DNA of 63,491 nt, counting the filler, from Lenisia limosa (taxonomy: Eukaryota > Protista > Breviatea): the NCBI GenBank assembly GCA_001655205.1. It is 13 parts of 13 records of this genome, joined end to end, with 100 filler letters (N's around TTAATTAATTAA, not from the genome) between each part and the next. Parts side by side here need not be neighbours in the genome. Positions count along the whole stretch, not along the records: positions 36,678 to 41,939 come from LPNZ01011189.1; positions 42,040 to 45,212 come from LPNZ01004047.1; positions 45,313 to 49,230 come from LPNZ01008666.1; positions 49,331 to 51,367 come from LPNZ01011613.1; positions 51,468 to 52,611 come from LPNZ01005572.1; 8 more parts are not named here. One strand, 5' to 3'. Below are positions 39,783-52,711 of the stretch, in pieces. The translations under genes and the position numbers were made by a program. The notes under the pieces are model-generated. The model had not been told where the DNA came from, did no database searches, and was given only the letters and a program-made list of their open reading frames with translations. Each line of letters opens with the position of its first letter. Position 1 is the first letter of the stretch.

Positions 39783-41656
39783 TTATTGTGTACAGCACCC
39801 CCCCGCAAACGCAGTACTTCTCCGAGCTGGGAAAGGGTCACTTGGTTCATTAGGATGCTTTTCAGCCCTGAGTAATTAGTATAATACCACTAGAATCCCA
39901 AAAATACAAACAAAAAAAACAACTTTGTTTTTTTTAATTAAATGCCAGAAAGAGACAAAACCCATTGGATTTGTTTTGATGAAATATAATCGGGTGTAAA
40001 ATTGCACAAAAACCACCCACCATAGCCTCGTGGCTTCTTCGAGGTCAAGATCTAACAGCTCCTCAAGGTGCTTCCCCACGTCTGTGTTTTCCATGTTTCC
40101 TAGGCTGTTATAGCAATGAGAAACAAAAAATAAAGTTGTATCTGGCCGAAGCCGTCATGCTTATAAGAGATACAATATGTACATGTAGTATACATGTATA
40201 TACACTGAACGCGATAAGACCTGACATGAATGTTTTTCTTTATAAAACATTTCTTCATTTTTCAAATCAAAAGTGGGATACATTAGTCAAGGTGTTTGAA
40301 ACTTTTTTTTCCTAAGATGGATTATTTAGCCAAATTAAATTTCAAATTTACAATTATACAAAAAAAAAAACATGTTTTTAATCCTTTTTCAAGTCAATGA
40401 AAGGAATACTGTTTCATATGATATTAAAAATAAGTGTCAAAATAAAAAAAACATTTCCAAAATACAGAAAAAAACACAGAAAAAAATAGTTTTAGTAGTT
40501 AGTCGAGCAACCCAAAGCGGCGATGACGTCGAGACATCGCTGACCAGAATGGCGATCATCTCATGGTTAATTGAGTCCCATGCGATGTTGAGATGCTATC
40601 AAGGATCTTCTTAACTTGGTGTGTCATCTTCTTGATGGATAATCTTCCTGCCCAGGATGCACCAGGCATTCTCAATCAATTTAACGTCGAACCTGTTCTT
40701 CAAATGTTGGTGAATACTCAAAGAACAGTGAACTTATAATACAAGCCTATGGGTTTCACTAAATTCAATAATGACAAAATAGTACCAAATACTGACCGCG
40801 ATAAGTCCTGACACGAATGTTTTTCTTAATATTTTAACGTAATTTCATGTATTTTTCAATTAAAAGTTGGGTTTATGAGAGGTGTCCAAATTTTGGTCTT
40901 CCAACATTTTTCAATCTACAAATTATTTTGTGAATCCATTCACTGAATTCATCAAAATTGACAGTGTATAGATACTATATGTGATGTTTTGCAACTGAAT
41001 TATAGTATTAAAATCATATAATGGGTGCTGTGCTGTATTTGAAGGATGAAAAAATTGAAGAAAACCAAGATTAGAGCTAAACTTGGTTTAGTAATACTAT
41101 TACCAGACGAAAATCCTATTTTTGGTTTAGGATGTATTGTCTGATAGAGAAAAAAACACATAATATGATGAATAAAACATAAATACAAATGATAAGTTCA
41201 TATTTTTTTTAAAAAAACAAAAAAAGCATCAAAAAATCCCCCATTATTGACGCGCCACCGAGCCAACCATGGAAGAAATGGCTGCCCGGGCCAAATGCGT
41301 AGATATTGACGTCCACACCACTATGCGCGTATGTTGTCCTGTTTTGTCAGATTGGGAAACATAAAGAAATTAAAAAAGCTAATTTTTTCAGAGAAGTGGT
41401 GCGATGCATACTCAAGGTATGCTTGATAGTGATGTTGATGTTGATGAAAATAATCATGATGAATAAAGATGAAGTCTATCACCACCCCACATACACACAT
41501 AATTATACATATACATGTAATATATACATGTATATGATATATTATAGCAATGAGAAATACAAAATAAGGTTGTATCTGGCCACACATAATTACACAAGAT
41601 ACCCACCATCCGAGATGAGCTCGCTGATTGATGTTGTCTACGACGGCGTCTCTCAG
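39783..41656 (-). CDS. Alkaline phosphatase (PHO8/PhoA family), C-terminal exons
   Basis: LRDAVVDNINQRAHLGW/TTYAHSGVDVNIYAFGPGSHFFHG/NMENTDVGKHLEELLDLDLEEATRL matches the recalled IGWTTHGHSAVDVNIYA...ENT motif. Confidence 0.88.
40203..40830 (-). mobile_element. Tc1/mariner remnant (TIR copies and decayed DDE C-terminus) in the phosphatase intron
   Basis: Minus frame DVKLIENAWCILGRKI...HLNIAWDSINHEMIAILVSDV resembles DLNPIENxW...xWxxI; TIR-like CACTGACCGCGATAAGTC at 39720, 40203 and 40791. Confidence 0.65.
41510..41580 (-). mobile_element. Family B element, 5'-truncated, with AT-rich tail and ~16-bp TSD
   Basis: CACACATAATTA(T/C)ACA at 41494-41509 and 41581-41596. Confidence 0.75.
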
Positions 41657-42058
41657 CTGTGGGGATGTCATACTTTGTAATTTTCATTTTCTTAGTGTTG
41701 GAATTTCAAATTTTTTTATATTTTCATTTTCTTTGTTGTGGGAATGTCAGATTTTGTTCTTTTCATTTTCCAAGTGTGAGAATGCAGATTGTTTTTTTTT
41801 TATACATTTTTTTATTTTCTCAGTTGTGAGTACATAATATTAATCTGTTCAATATGAAGACCGGTCTACACATGATATAATATATATAAGTGGCCGAGTT
41901 TGGCCTTGACCGCGTATTTGGCCTTGACCGCGTATCTGGNNNNNNNNNNNNNNNNNNNNNNNNNNNNNNNNNNNNNNNNNNNNTTAATTAATTAANNNNN
42001 NNNNNNNNNNNNNNNNNNNNNNNNNNNNNNNNNNNNNNNCATTCACTCCTCCCCCCAG

Positions 42059-45000
42059 ACGCACGGACTTGCTGCGACTCCAAGGCGAATACAAAGTCCA
42101 GCTCCGGTCCCTTGAGGCTGAAGTGCTTCATTGTCTGTCGTCCGTACAGGGCAGAATCCTAGATGATGATAAGGTATTCTCTTACTATCAGAGTTTCACG
42201 TCGGTTCGAATAAAGCCTACTATCGATATTTTACCGTTCGTTTTCGGGCCGGAGAGACGCCCTACTTTCCACACTCAATATCTCTTCTAAGTGTGATTGC
42301 TTAGATGGCTTCGGTCAGATGCTTTTTTTTGTTGTTGTTTTTGACTCCTCACTACATATCACAGGATATCTTTTTTTTTTTTACTAAAATAACGTTACCC
42401 CCCTCCCCCCTCTCCCACAAACACGAACAAAGATCTCATGCCTCTCAGGCGGTCACGACGCTTGAAAAGCTGAAGACGGAGGGAGCGGAAGTGACTCAGA
42501 AGGCTGCCGAAACCGATGTCGTCTTCGAGGAGGTGGGGGAGTTGGGTTGGGGAGACTATCACCAAACATACTTGTAGGAAGAAATGATTGGGTGAATTAT
42601 TATCTTTTCCTTATTTTTTTTTTTTTAATTCTCATTGCAAAATAGTACGTATTCCCTATTTTCCCCAAAAAAAAATAATCTTCAATTTTCATCACCCCCC
42701 CCCCNNNNNNNNNNNNNNNNNNNNNNNNNNNNNNNNNNNNNNNNNNNNNNNNNNNNNNNNNNNNNNNNNNNNNNNNNNNNNNNNNNNNNNNNNNNNGGCG
42801 CGCGCCTTCTTCCTCTCCGATGCCCTCACTCAGGTGATTATGGGAGATTATAATATGATTGTGGGGTATATTAGTCCCAAGTATATATGATACGTATCAC
42901 ATTGCTAGGAATACTCCCCCAGTTGGTATGATTTGAATTGATTACCTTCCCTCCCCCCACAGATCTGCCCATCCTACGTGTTCGGCCTGCCTGCGTTCCT
43001 CAAACTGGTGTCGTCTGTCCTGAGCCCGGGTGGGTGGGGGTATACATACATGTACATATCATCATATTATTGAAAACAAAGGGGCAATACTGCACATCAT
43101 ATAAGTTATACTTACACACTATTAACATATAATCACCGCCTGTAAAGAAGAGGACAGTTTAGCGTGCATGTTTAGAGGAGATTAATGATCAGGCCGAAAC
43201 CGTCCATCATGTTTATTTATCGGTCCAAAATCGACCACACCATCAAGTTTATAAAAGTTTAATTATCAGGCCAAGCCGGTCCATCATGTTTATACAAGAT
43301 GGATTACCCGAAGCCCCGCTTTTATCTCAATAAGCCCCGTCACCCCCCCCCCCCCNNNNNNNNNNNNNNNNNNNNNNNNNNNNNNNNNNNNNNNNNNNNN
43401 NNNNNNNNNNNNNNNNNNNNNNNNNNNNNNNNNNNNNNNNNNACAATCTTTGACTGCTTCACTCATTCAAATGAGCTACTCTCACATCGCGCATCGCCTG
43501 AGGGTGGGGGGGTATTGTATCATTAGAAAGGGGGGTTTCTTGATTTTGTTTTTTTATCTCTTTGTTACCACCTTTATTATCTCTTTGTTACAACTCAGTA
43601 TTATCTCTCTTTGTTACCACCTCTGTTACCCCTAGTATTATCTCTTTCTTACCTGTATTATCTCTGTGACGCTTTAGGCTGGCGACCGCGTGGCGTTCGC
43701 TTTGGTCCTTTCGGAGGTCCTCATTGCGTCCACATCGGCACCGCTTTCCATCAAGGACTTCAAGTAGGTTGCCTTATATGGTAATGGCATCTGACACAAT
43801 AAATGAAATGATTGTAAATTGATAGATACCTATTTGTTGGAACAAAACATCACACTTACCATATTAGGAACACCTCGCTTACCATATTAGGTTATTCAGC
43901 TCCGGAGCCACGGTGCCCTTGTCCCAAAAGGATGATGTCATTGCAATGACCACTTCTCTGACCAATTTGGGCATTCAGCAGAACACTGTTGGGGAGAAGG
44001 GTATATGCGTACGATCAAGGACATACTTATTTATGTAATATATCATATATATGTCACCCCTGCTGATATGCATAACTGTACCCCCCATGCTGCAGAAGCG
44101 ACTGGCTTGGGCTTTGTTTGATTTGTTGTTTTTAACCCTCGTCTGCTTCGCAAAAGCTAGCCAACAGATTCTGGGTATTTTTGTCATATTTTTTCCATTT
44201 CACCCCCAAAACCCCCCAGGCCGAGGCTCTATCCGAGGCCTCTCTGGTGCTGCCATGGCTCTCAAGCCTGCCTGCAATGATTGCCTCTGATTACCCCGTG
44301 TGGGAGGTCTTCTTCTCCAGCGCCGCTCCTGAGAATCACATCCCGGACTCACAGTGGACCAGGTTGGGATATGTTGTCCATTATTTATGTTTTCTTCATC
44401 AAAATATCCGTCCTTTTACCTCACCCCCCCGCAGGACCAACGTATCGTCCAACGACCCCGGAAGTGCCCTTCGAATGCTGGTCCTGATCAAGCTCCTGCG
44501 ACCGGACCGTGTCCAATCGGTCGCCCGCCACTTGTCAGGCCTCTGTGGGGGGGGGGGTTTTTTTGTTTTTTTTTNNNNNNNNNNNNNNNNNNNNNNNNNN
44601 NNNNNNNNNNNNNNNNNNNNNNNNNNNNNNNNNNNNNNNNNNNNNNNNNNNNNNNNNNNNNNNNNNNNNNNNNNNNNNNNNNNNNNNNNNNNNNNNNNNN
44701 NNNNNNNNNNNNNNNNNNNNNNNNNNNNNNNNNNCAACCTATGTCGCTAGCCAACAGAGTTTTTTTAGGGATTTTTTTATTTAATAATGTGTCAATTTTA
44801 CCGCCTCAGGCCTAGGCAGCGTATTTGGCGGCGGCGAAGATGCCAACCTAGAGGAAGTCGTGGACGAGGAAACTGACTGCTCTGTTGGGAGGGGTGGGGG
44901 ATTTGGGTTTCACTTCGGTTCAAAAAAGACTGAATTCTTGATAAATCTTCGAAAACTATCGATATTTTACTGATCTTTTTCGAACCGAAGTGAAGCTCTA

Positions 45001-45170
45001 CGGAAGGTTTTGGCTTATAATTTCTCCATCGCGTGTGCATTCTCACTTTACTTTCCCCCACTCCTTTGCTCACATTTGATCAGACGGCCACAATCCTCTT
45101 CGGATCACCCGGATTTGACCCCTCCGACCTCGTTGCGCATCTCGCTGACGAGCGTGGTATCCAAGTCGGG
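42059..45170 (+). CDS. DYNC1H1: Cytoplasmic dynein-1 heavy chain, stalk-return to AAA6 region (partial)
   Basis: TDLLRLQGEYKVQLRSLEAEVLHCLSSVQGRILDDDK/AVTTLEKLKTEGAEVTQKAAETDVVFEE parallels recalled [46 protein letters not shown]; also LIKLLRPDRV and ILFGSPGFDPS. Confidence 0.88.
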
Positions 45171-45354
45171 CGGATTATCAAGAATTCTTGGAAAATGAAG
45201 CTCGAAATAGGCNNNNNNNNNNNNNNNNNNNNNNNNNNNNNNNNNNNNNNNNNNNNTTAATTAATTAANNNNNNNNNNNNNNNNNNNNNNNNNNNNNNNN
45301 NNNNNNNNNNNNTATCCAAAATGATTTAATATATGGAATTCAACGAATACATTG

Positions 45355-45550
45355 TAAAACGTATGGATGGTTTGGTCCATTGCAAAACGTATGGATGGCT
45401 TGATCCATTGCAAAACATATGTATGGTTTGGTCCATTGCAAAACGTATGTATGGTTTGCTCCATTGCAAAACGTATGGATGGTTTACTCCATTGAAAAAC
45501 GTATGGATGGTTTGTTCCATTGCAAAATGTATGTATGTTTGGTCCATAAG
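45355..45550. repeat. 28-bp minisatellite (GTATGGATGGTTTGGTCCATTGCAAAAC)n
   Basis: About seven contiguous, slightly variant units, no spacers. Confidence 0.9.
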
Positions 45551-45734
45551 CCCTCAGCTGCTCAGAAAACAAAGAACAGAAACTCTAATCACCCACATCC
45601 AATCAACAAAAAAAAAAAAAAAAACANNNNNNNNNNNNNNNNNNNNNNNNNNNNNNNNNNNNNNNNNNNNNNNNNNNNNNNNNNNNNNNNNNNNNNNNNN
45701 NNNNNNNNNNNNNNNNNNNNNNNNAAACTGGTTG

Positions 45735-48700
45735 TTTCCAACACATAGCATACCTCTTTCTTCTTTGGAAGGTCCCAAGGCTGCCTGGCCACTTTCGCCC
45801 GCGCTCGAGATCGAGATCGTTGAGAGGGGCCTGGGGGGCGGGTTAATAGTCATAGGCAAAGTCGATGTACCGGCTTTGAATGCAAATCAAGTCTTTAATC
45901 CGAGTTTCATAAGGGCAGGCAAGGAAGGTTACCTCGGTCATCTAAGGCGGACACATTAGAAGCCAATGGGTTTGGCCTGGGGCTTCCTGTGGCATCTTCG
46001 TTTGGCAAATCAGAGGCTATTATCAAAATATTACTTTCTTGTCGCGGATAATCAACAGTAGCTGTACTGGATTCTTCAATCTCCATTTTTTCACTTTCCT
46101 CTTTTTCTTGCAGTTCTTCCCATTATGCAGTAACAATGACACTGTTGATCCTTCTAAGATACTCACTCTATTTTTAAGATTGACATTATCCTGTATAACT
46201 ACCCCATACAGGAGTATTTATACCTCTTTGTTCCACACATCCATTTCCTCTTCCCTCTGCCCTTCTCCTGCTGAAAGAACTTTATTAAATGAAACGTAAC
46301 TGCAGATAGCAGGTAAACTGATAAGTCCGTTTTAGCGCGAGATCACCTCCTTTCCTTCCCCACATTATCAATCATACGGTGGAATCGGACCCTAGAGGCG
46401 AATATATTGGTGCTATTAGTCTTTAGTTAAATTGTTTTCTTGTTTAGTGCCATCTCCCTGCCCTTACTCCCTCGCGCCTTCGTTAAGTATTTCTCCCAAT
46501 CCGCGGTAGTTATTGGTTTCGTTCTTTCTTCCAGCCCCAACCTGCCCTTGCCTTTCAAGACAAATGGTGAGTATCCCCTTTTAATTTCTAAAAGTTTTTT
46601 AATATTCACNNNNNNNNNNCGCTACTCTTCACGTGGCTTGTTGTTACTGTGGGAGAGGGAGTTCTTATCACTATTATACACAAAGTTTTTTTTTTTTGGG
46701 TTCTTGGCGGCTGAGGGTTGGAAACTATTTTTACACAAAAAAAAAGGCGACTTTTCTTAATAAATCCCCAAAATCAGTCAAGCTGTTGAATTTTTTTGGT
46801 CAACATTTCCAACCCTGTAGCCAAGTGCCTTTTCTTGTGTGGTGGTGGGGGTTCTCTTGGGTTCTTTATTCGGGTTACTATTTTACAATTTATAACCTTG
46901 TTTTTTATTTCTCATCGTTACTCTATATTTGACAATTTGACGCAGTAAGCTGTGTACACAGAGTTGCTCATATTACTCACGTCTACTTTTCTTCTTATCA
47001 TAATTTTAGCCTTTCATTGACGACAATCACTTCATTAAAGTAAGAGGTGATAAGTAGGGCTTTCCTCCGGTCCTCAAAATTGAATTTCTTGATAAATCCT
47101 CGAAAAATATCTATATTTTACCGGTCTTTTTCGGGCCGTAGGATTGTCCTAGTGATAAGGGAGGGGTAGAATTTCCATTTGTATTACATAACCAGTAATG
47201 GGATGCGGTGCTGCAGCGACTGGCTTGAGATCTTCTTTTGTTTTCATCACTATTGCTAGCCTTTCAAGACAAATGGTGAGTATCCCCTTTTAATTTCTAA
47301 AAGTTTTTTAATATTCACACATTGTTTATATAATAGTCATTTGATATAGTACCTTTATGCCAATATTCTTCGTCGAAATTTCTTTCGTTTTACTGATCAA
47401 CCCTGTTGTGTTGTCAAACAACAAAGTTGATTTGGGCTTTTTTGTTTCATAAATATCCTTCGTGGGCTTTTTTGTTTCATAAATTTCCTTCGTTTTACAT
47501 TCGTGATTATTTCCTTTACGCCAATATTCTTCATCGAAATTTCTTTCGTTTAACCCCCCCCCNNNNNNNNNNCAAGAATCCCAAGCCGATGCGCCGTAGT
47601 GCAGGGCTCCCGTGTAAATAATTTTGTGTAGTTTATCTGGTGTGTTAATAGGGTTTAGGAGGAGGCTACTGTTTATATGTGTGTAATGGTGTATTATGGG
47701 TCTTATTAAGGTATTATGGAGTCGTTTTATGGTTATATCCAGGTCACTGTATTTTATTATGATATAGTTATAAGTTTGTTGGCCCGACCATGACTTATTA
47801 GGCTAACTAACTCACGTAATGATCTTAACTATCTCATCTCTACTTGGCTTATTATCTCAGGTTTGTTATGGTACTGGCAGAACAGCCTGTTACGCACTGA
47901 GGGAAAGGAACGAATAGTTGGGGGTGGGGGTGAGATAGGAAAATATGTATATCTAACAAACAAGCCCAAATCAACTCTTTCCTCTGATTCACAAAGGACC
48001 GTGGACCGTTTTCCTGCCGAATTGAATTTTCAGATTTCAATCACATTGTTTTATCAATCAGGATATCTTTTTTCAAAATATAAAACGCAGTGATGAAAAA
48101 TCAAACCTTCACCTGATACTAGTGGTTCAATAATGTGAAGGCTCCTGTGACACACAAGATCGCCAACTTTCAAGTCTTAATTGATGCTGTTTTTGAGGAA
48201 TGTATTTCTTGTAATTTCTACTCCCGGCTATTTGTGGATCGAATGAGTCGAGGACGTTCAGTTGTGCAGCTTTCTTGCACTTTTCATGTCACAGTTTCTA
48301 ACGAAAGTAGACTCTTTCACTACGGTGCATTAAGACTTGGGGGATTCTTTTAATAACTTTGGAATTCCCTTATTTTGTGAGAAACCCATGGAATTTTTTG
48401 AAAAATTGACTATTTGCGAAGCGGACAACGATTGGTGCGATGCCTCTTATTGCAGCAAAACGTTTGATTAATTCCCAGTATTGTGGTTAAAATAAGCGTT
48501 ATCTTACTGACATGCGGCTTTGTGATTTTTGGAGTGGGTCGAGAGGGTAGAAGAGAGATCGGGAGCTAAGAGGACAGAGAGGACTGTTGGCAGGTATTAA
48601 AGTTTTCAAAAGTTGAAATACTTTGATCAGAGCTCTGAGAGTGAAGGAGACGAGTGAATAACTGGGGATCATGTGTGATTCGATCACTCTAGACTTTGGA

Positions 48701-49230
48701 TTGCCCATTAGACGAAACACCGGGGTGAAATTCAGAAGGGACTCCCATAAACTTCATTTTGTTCTTTCAAAACCATAGGAATTCTAAGTCGTGGTGCTGA
48801 CGCCCACCCCTCTCCCCACCCTCCGCCACCAAAATCACACTATTTTGTTGGTCCGTGCAATCAATTTTTTGAAGAAATTTGACAAAGACAGTGTGTCTGG
48901 AAGGGTTCTCAATGTCCACTTCAAATTTATAAATAAATTTTCCAAATTAATTGCACTTGTACTCTTTTGGGATGAATAAAGTATATCCGAAGCCGTCCAC
49001 GCCATCACGCTTATAACATTGGATTATAGTATACGGCCGAAGCCGTCTACACCATCACGCAATTATAATACAATCAATAAGCACAGAATTGTTTGTGACA
49101 CACGGGTTAAATTGGAGTAAATCTAAATAAGAGAATCTCAAAAAAACGAACAGAAAAGAACATACAAAATCGAAAGAGGCTTACGTCTCCTGGGTGTCTC
49201 GGAACTTTGTGAGCTGAGCCTCGAAAGCTT
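45735..49230 (-). CDS. Multi-exon hypothetical protein(s), Ser/Pro/Glu-rich C-terminus
   Basis: Exons AFEAQLTKFRDTQET, KCKKAAQLNVLDSFDPQIAG, EELQEKEESEKMEIEE...LASNVSALDDR, GTSTLPMTINPPPRPLS; may be more than one gene. Confidence 0.45.
47055..47151. mobile_element. hAT-type MITE (family A)
   Basis: Perfect 8-bp TSD GTGATAAG. Confidence 0.85.
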
Positions 49231-49807
49231 NNNNNNNNNNNNNNNNNNNNNNNNNNNNNNNNNNNNNNNNNNNNTTAATTAATTAANNNNNNNNNNNNNN
49301 NNNNNNNNNNNNNNNNNNNNNNNNNNNNNNTGCTTATGCATTTTTGAATTTTCAATTGAATTTAAGCTGTGTTTTCATTATCAATCATATCTTTCGTGTT
49401 TTGATATGTTAATTTTCTCGAAAAACTTGTTTGTCATATGAGCTACAGTATTTACTTTTTCTTATTACCAAAAAATACGTTTAAGTGAAGGTTTGTCTAA
49501 AATAAGGATAAGAGATTAAAAGAAAAAGAAGAATAATTAAAAAAAATTAAGACATTTGGGGTGAAAAAAAAAATTATCGGGTTTTATCGGGTTTACCCGT
49601 CCAGGCATATATAATAATACAGCTTATACTAGGCAACATACCCCTACAAGCGTGGCAATTGTTTATGGTATCCCAATGTATTCTTTTGTTTACCTAGATT
49701 TCTAATGTACTACATGTATATGATTTTATCTATTGTTTCAAAAAAAACCTTATACCACCCCACCCATACCTCACCTGCATTATCTGTACCCCACCCCACC
49801 CCCATAC

Positions 49808-51346
49808 CTGGTACTATCCTCAGGCTTAGGAAGGTCGTCACCATAGCCCCTTTTCTTCTCTAAATTCGTAAATTTGGCTTGGCTGTTCCTGCTTTCGAAC
49901 AATAAAAGATAAAAGTATTATTATAGCAGAGAGCAAGCAAAAAAAAGACTGAATTTATCGATAAATCCTCGAAAATTGTCTACATTTTATTATTCAAACC
50001 GAAGTGAAGCCCTAATCATATCTGAAAAGTTAGGGAGAGATTATATCTTTTGCACAGTTATGATGGTGGTTGGTGATGGGAGAAAATTTACTACGACTAC
50101 GTGCAATTAATTAAAAAATTGGTTGCAAAATTTGAATAGATACTTGATAATGAAAACTCTTATTTAGACACTTTTTTTCGAATTTTGTCAATTAACTTTG
50201 AAGAAATTAATACTTTGAAGAAATTATTTGACAAAATTACAATATGTCGCACTTCAAATTCTGCAATTATATTTTCGAATTAATTGAACTGAGTCCTAAT
50301 TATAGAGCAATGAGAAATGAAAAATTAGGTTTCTGGCCGAAGCCGTCCANNNNNNNNNNNNNNNNNNNNNNNNNNNNNNNNNGTACACAGCTTTCTGCGT
50401 GCCTCCCTAGCATACAATATATATATATATATGATTTATAAGTTAAAAAGAGGATGAATAATCCTTTATGCAGTGATAGTGGTTGAAGCCTGGCAATACC
50501 ACCTCCTCTAATAATAGGATAGCAACTTGATTTTGAAATTCAGTACGAATACAATAGGGCTTCACTTCGGTTCGAAAAAAGACTGAATTTCTCGATATAT
50601 TTTCGATAAATATCGATATTCTTCTGGTATTACAACCGAAGTAAAGCCCTAATATCTTTAAGTTAGGGAGAAATTGAATCTTTTGAACCACCTACACCAC
50701 CACTTAAAATAGGATAGTAACTTGATTTTAATTTTCAATACGAACAACTGTGAAAGCATGGAACCAAAGTGAATTCCCCCCACCTGAAAGCGCATAAACA
50801 CTGAAGTTTTTGAGCTGTTCAGTTCCCATTCCAGGCCCATTGTCCAATACCACTACCTGGGGGGGGGGGGGGGNNNNNNNNNNNNNNNNNNNNNNNNNNN
50901 NNNNNNNNNNNNNNNNNNNNNNNNNNNNNNNNNNNNNNNNNNNNNNNNNNNNNNNNNNNNNNNNNNNNNNNNNNNNNNNNNNNNNNNNNNNNNNNNNNNN
51001 NNNNNNNNNNNNNNNNNNNNNNNNNNNNNNNNNNNNNNNNNNNNNNNNNNNNNNNNNNNNNNNNNNNNNNNNNNNNNNNNNNNACTCGTAAAGGAAAATT
51101 TCTGAAACAAAAAAAAAGCCCAAAATCAACTCTGTTGGCTAACAACACACGAAGGTTGATCACTCCAATCGGTAAATTTACTTAAATCAAAAAGAAAAAA
51201 GGCATTCTGTTTATTGGTTGTGGAAGCAATAGAAACCATATTGGTTGTCAAAGAAATCATAATGCTTGTAAAAAAGGATACCAACCTTATTAGTTGTGAA
51301 AAAGAGTTCAATTTCAGGCTTCAGACAATTCATTGTAGCTTGGATC
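49808..51346 (-). CDS. GHKL ATPase, SMCHD1/MORC-type N-terminal domain (partial)
   Basis: IQATMNCLKPEIELFFTTNK (51286-51346) and VVVLDNGPGMGTEQLKNFSVYALS (50784-50856) resemble recalled SMCHD1 [24 protein letters not shown]. Confidence 0.6.
50555..50651. mobile_element. hAT-type MITE (family A); representative of further copies
   Basis: Same TIR and core. Other copies at about 21232-21303, 25506-25531, 28961-29040, 29666-29735, 32237-32334, 33667-33750, 36678-36771, 38588-38679, 42189-42264, 44903-45000 and 49939-50014. Confidence 0.85.
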
Positions 51347-51468
51347 CTGGAGGGAGGGGGGGGGGGGNNNNNNNNNNNNNNNNNNNNNNNNNNNNNNNNN
51401 NNNNNNNNNNNTTAATTAATTAANNNNNNNNNNNNNNNNNNNNNNNNNNNNNNNNNNNNNNNNNNNNC

Positions 51469-52500
51469 TTGGCGGGGGGTGGGACGGCACCTCCACGGCC
51501 GCCGCGAGCAGCAGGGGGAGGAGCGCCTCCACGTCCGCGTGCCGGGAGAGAGAATCCACCCCGGGCTGGGGCTGGAGCAGGGGCTGCGGCGGCAGGTGCA
51601 CTTCCTCCTCCAGGCTAGAGGGGAGAGTAAACGGGAATAGAAAAGGGGTGAAACAAATATACAGATTCCAGCAGTTAAACATGCGTATCAGCGCTATGGA
51701 ATTTGCCTTACTAGCTTCAAGCACCCCACTCCTACTCTGTTTCCAGTCTTCTTGAGTTGAGGCATACCACCGGCAAACATTCCGCCACCCATCATGGGGC
51801 CTCCACCTACTGCGTGAGAGGGGTGTTGGAGAAGATAACTTGAAATACTGTGGTTCAAAAGATGAAAAAAAGAAAAGAAGAATCCACCATACCGCCCATA
51901 GGAGCTCCTCCTCCTCCTCCTCCTCCTCCTCCGCCACCGCTACCACCAGATTTCAGGACTACAGTGTTAGTAATGCAATTGAATTGTAACTGGGATATCT
52001 TCAAATAAAAAAAATCAATCAAAACAAAAGACGCATTAAGATGCATATCACAAATCAACTTGTGGAGTAAAAAAGAGTAAATCTATATTCGAAACCCCAC
52101 CAGGCGCGGATTTGTCGACGGTTGTGGTTTTCTTGAGCTTAGAACCCTTGCAGATATCACCGAGAAGACCCTTGGACATTCCATCTCCTCCCCCAGCTCC
52201 TCCGAGAGGCTTGGCGTTCTTGGAGGGCTTCGGCATTTTGGGGGCTGCTGGCGCGGCAGGGGGTGTGGGAGGTCCGCTTGAGGCGGCTGTAGAGTCAAAT
52301 CATGCAATTCGAGCACAGAGGGATGGAAGAGCAGGGGATATAATGCAAAGTGACCAAAACTGATGTTGTCATCGCAGCCTACCCTTCTTGCCGAAGAATC
52401 CTCCAGACTTGGCGGCAGGTTTCGGGGCAGGCTTAGGAGCGGCAGCAGCGGGCTTTGGAGCAGGTTTGGCTGCAGGTTTGGCCGGAGTCGATTTCACCAT
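51469..52500 (-). CDS. WASP-interacting protein / verprolin-like (WH2 domains, Pro/Gly-rich)
   Basis: KGLLGDICKGSKLKKTTTVDKSAP (WH2 with LKKT), poly-Gly linker, GMFAGGMPQLKKTG (second WH2-like motif of WIP), then Pro-rich segments. Confidence 0.85.
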
Positions 52501-52711
52501 CTGCAGGGTGAGAATAACGCCAACAGTTCCACAAAAATTGTGGTTGTTTCATATGGTTTAATCTGAGTATAAAGACTAGGTACATATGGCATACGGCTCT
52601 TTTTGAAGAAANNNNNNNNNNNNNNNNNNNNNNNNNNNNNNNNNNNNNNNNNNNNTTAATTAATTAANNNNNNNNNNNNNNNNNNNNNNNNNNNNNNNNN
52701 NNNNNNNNNNN

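Noticed and set aside
45355-45550. 28-bp repeats as a CRISPR array
   Set aside because: Units are contiguous with no unique spacers, and the context is eukaryotic.
46550-47320. Exact 60-bp direct repeat (46550-46609 and ~47260-47319)
   Set aside because: Identical and abutting a 10-N gap; most likely a contig-overlap artefact.
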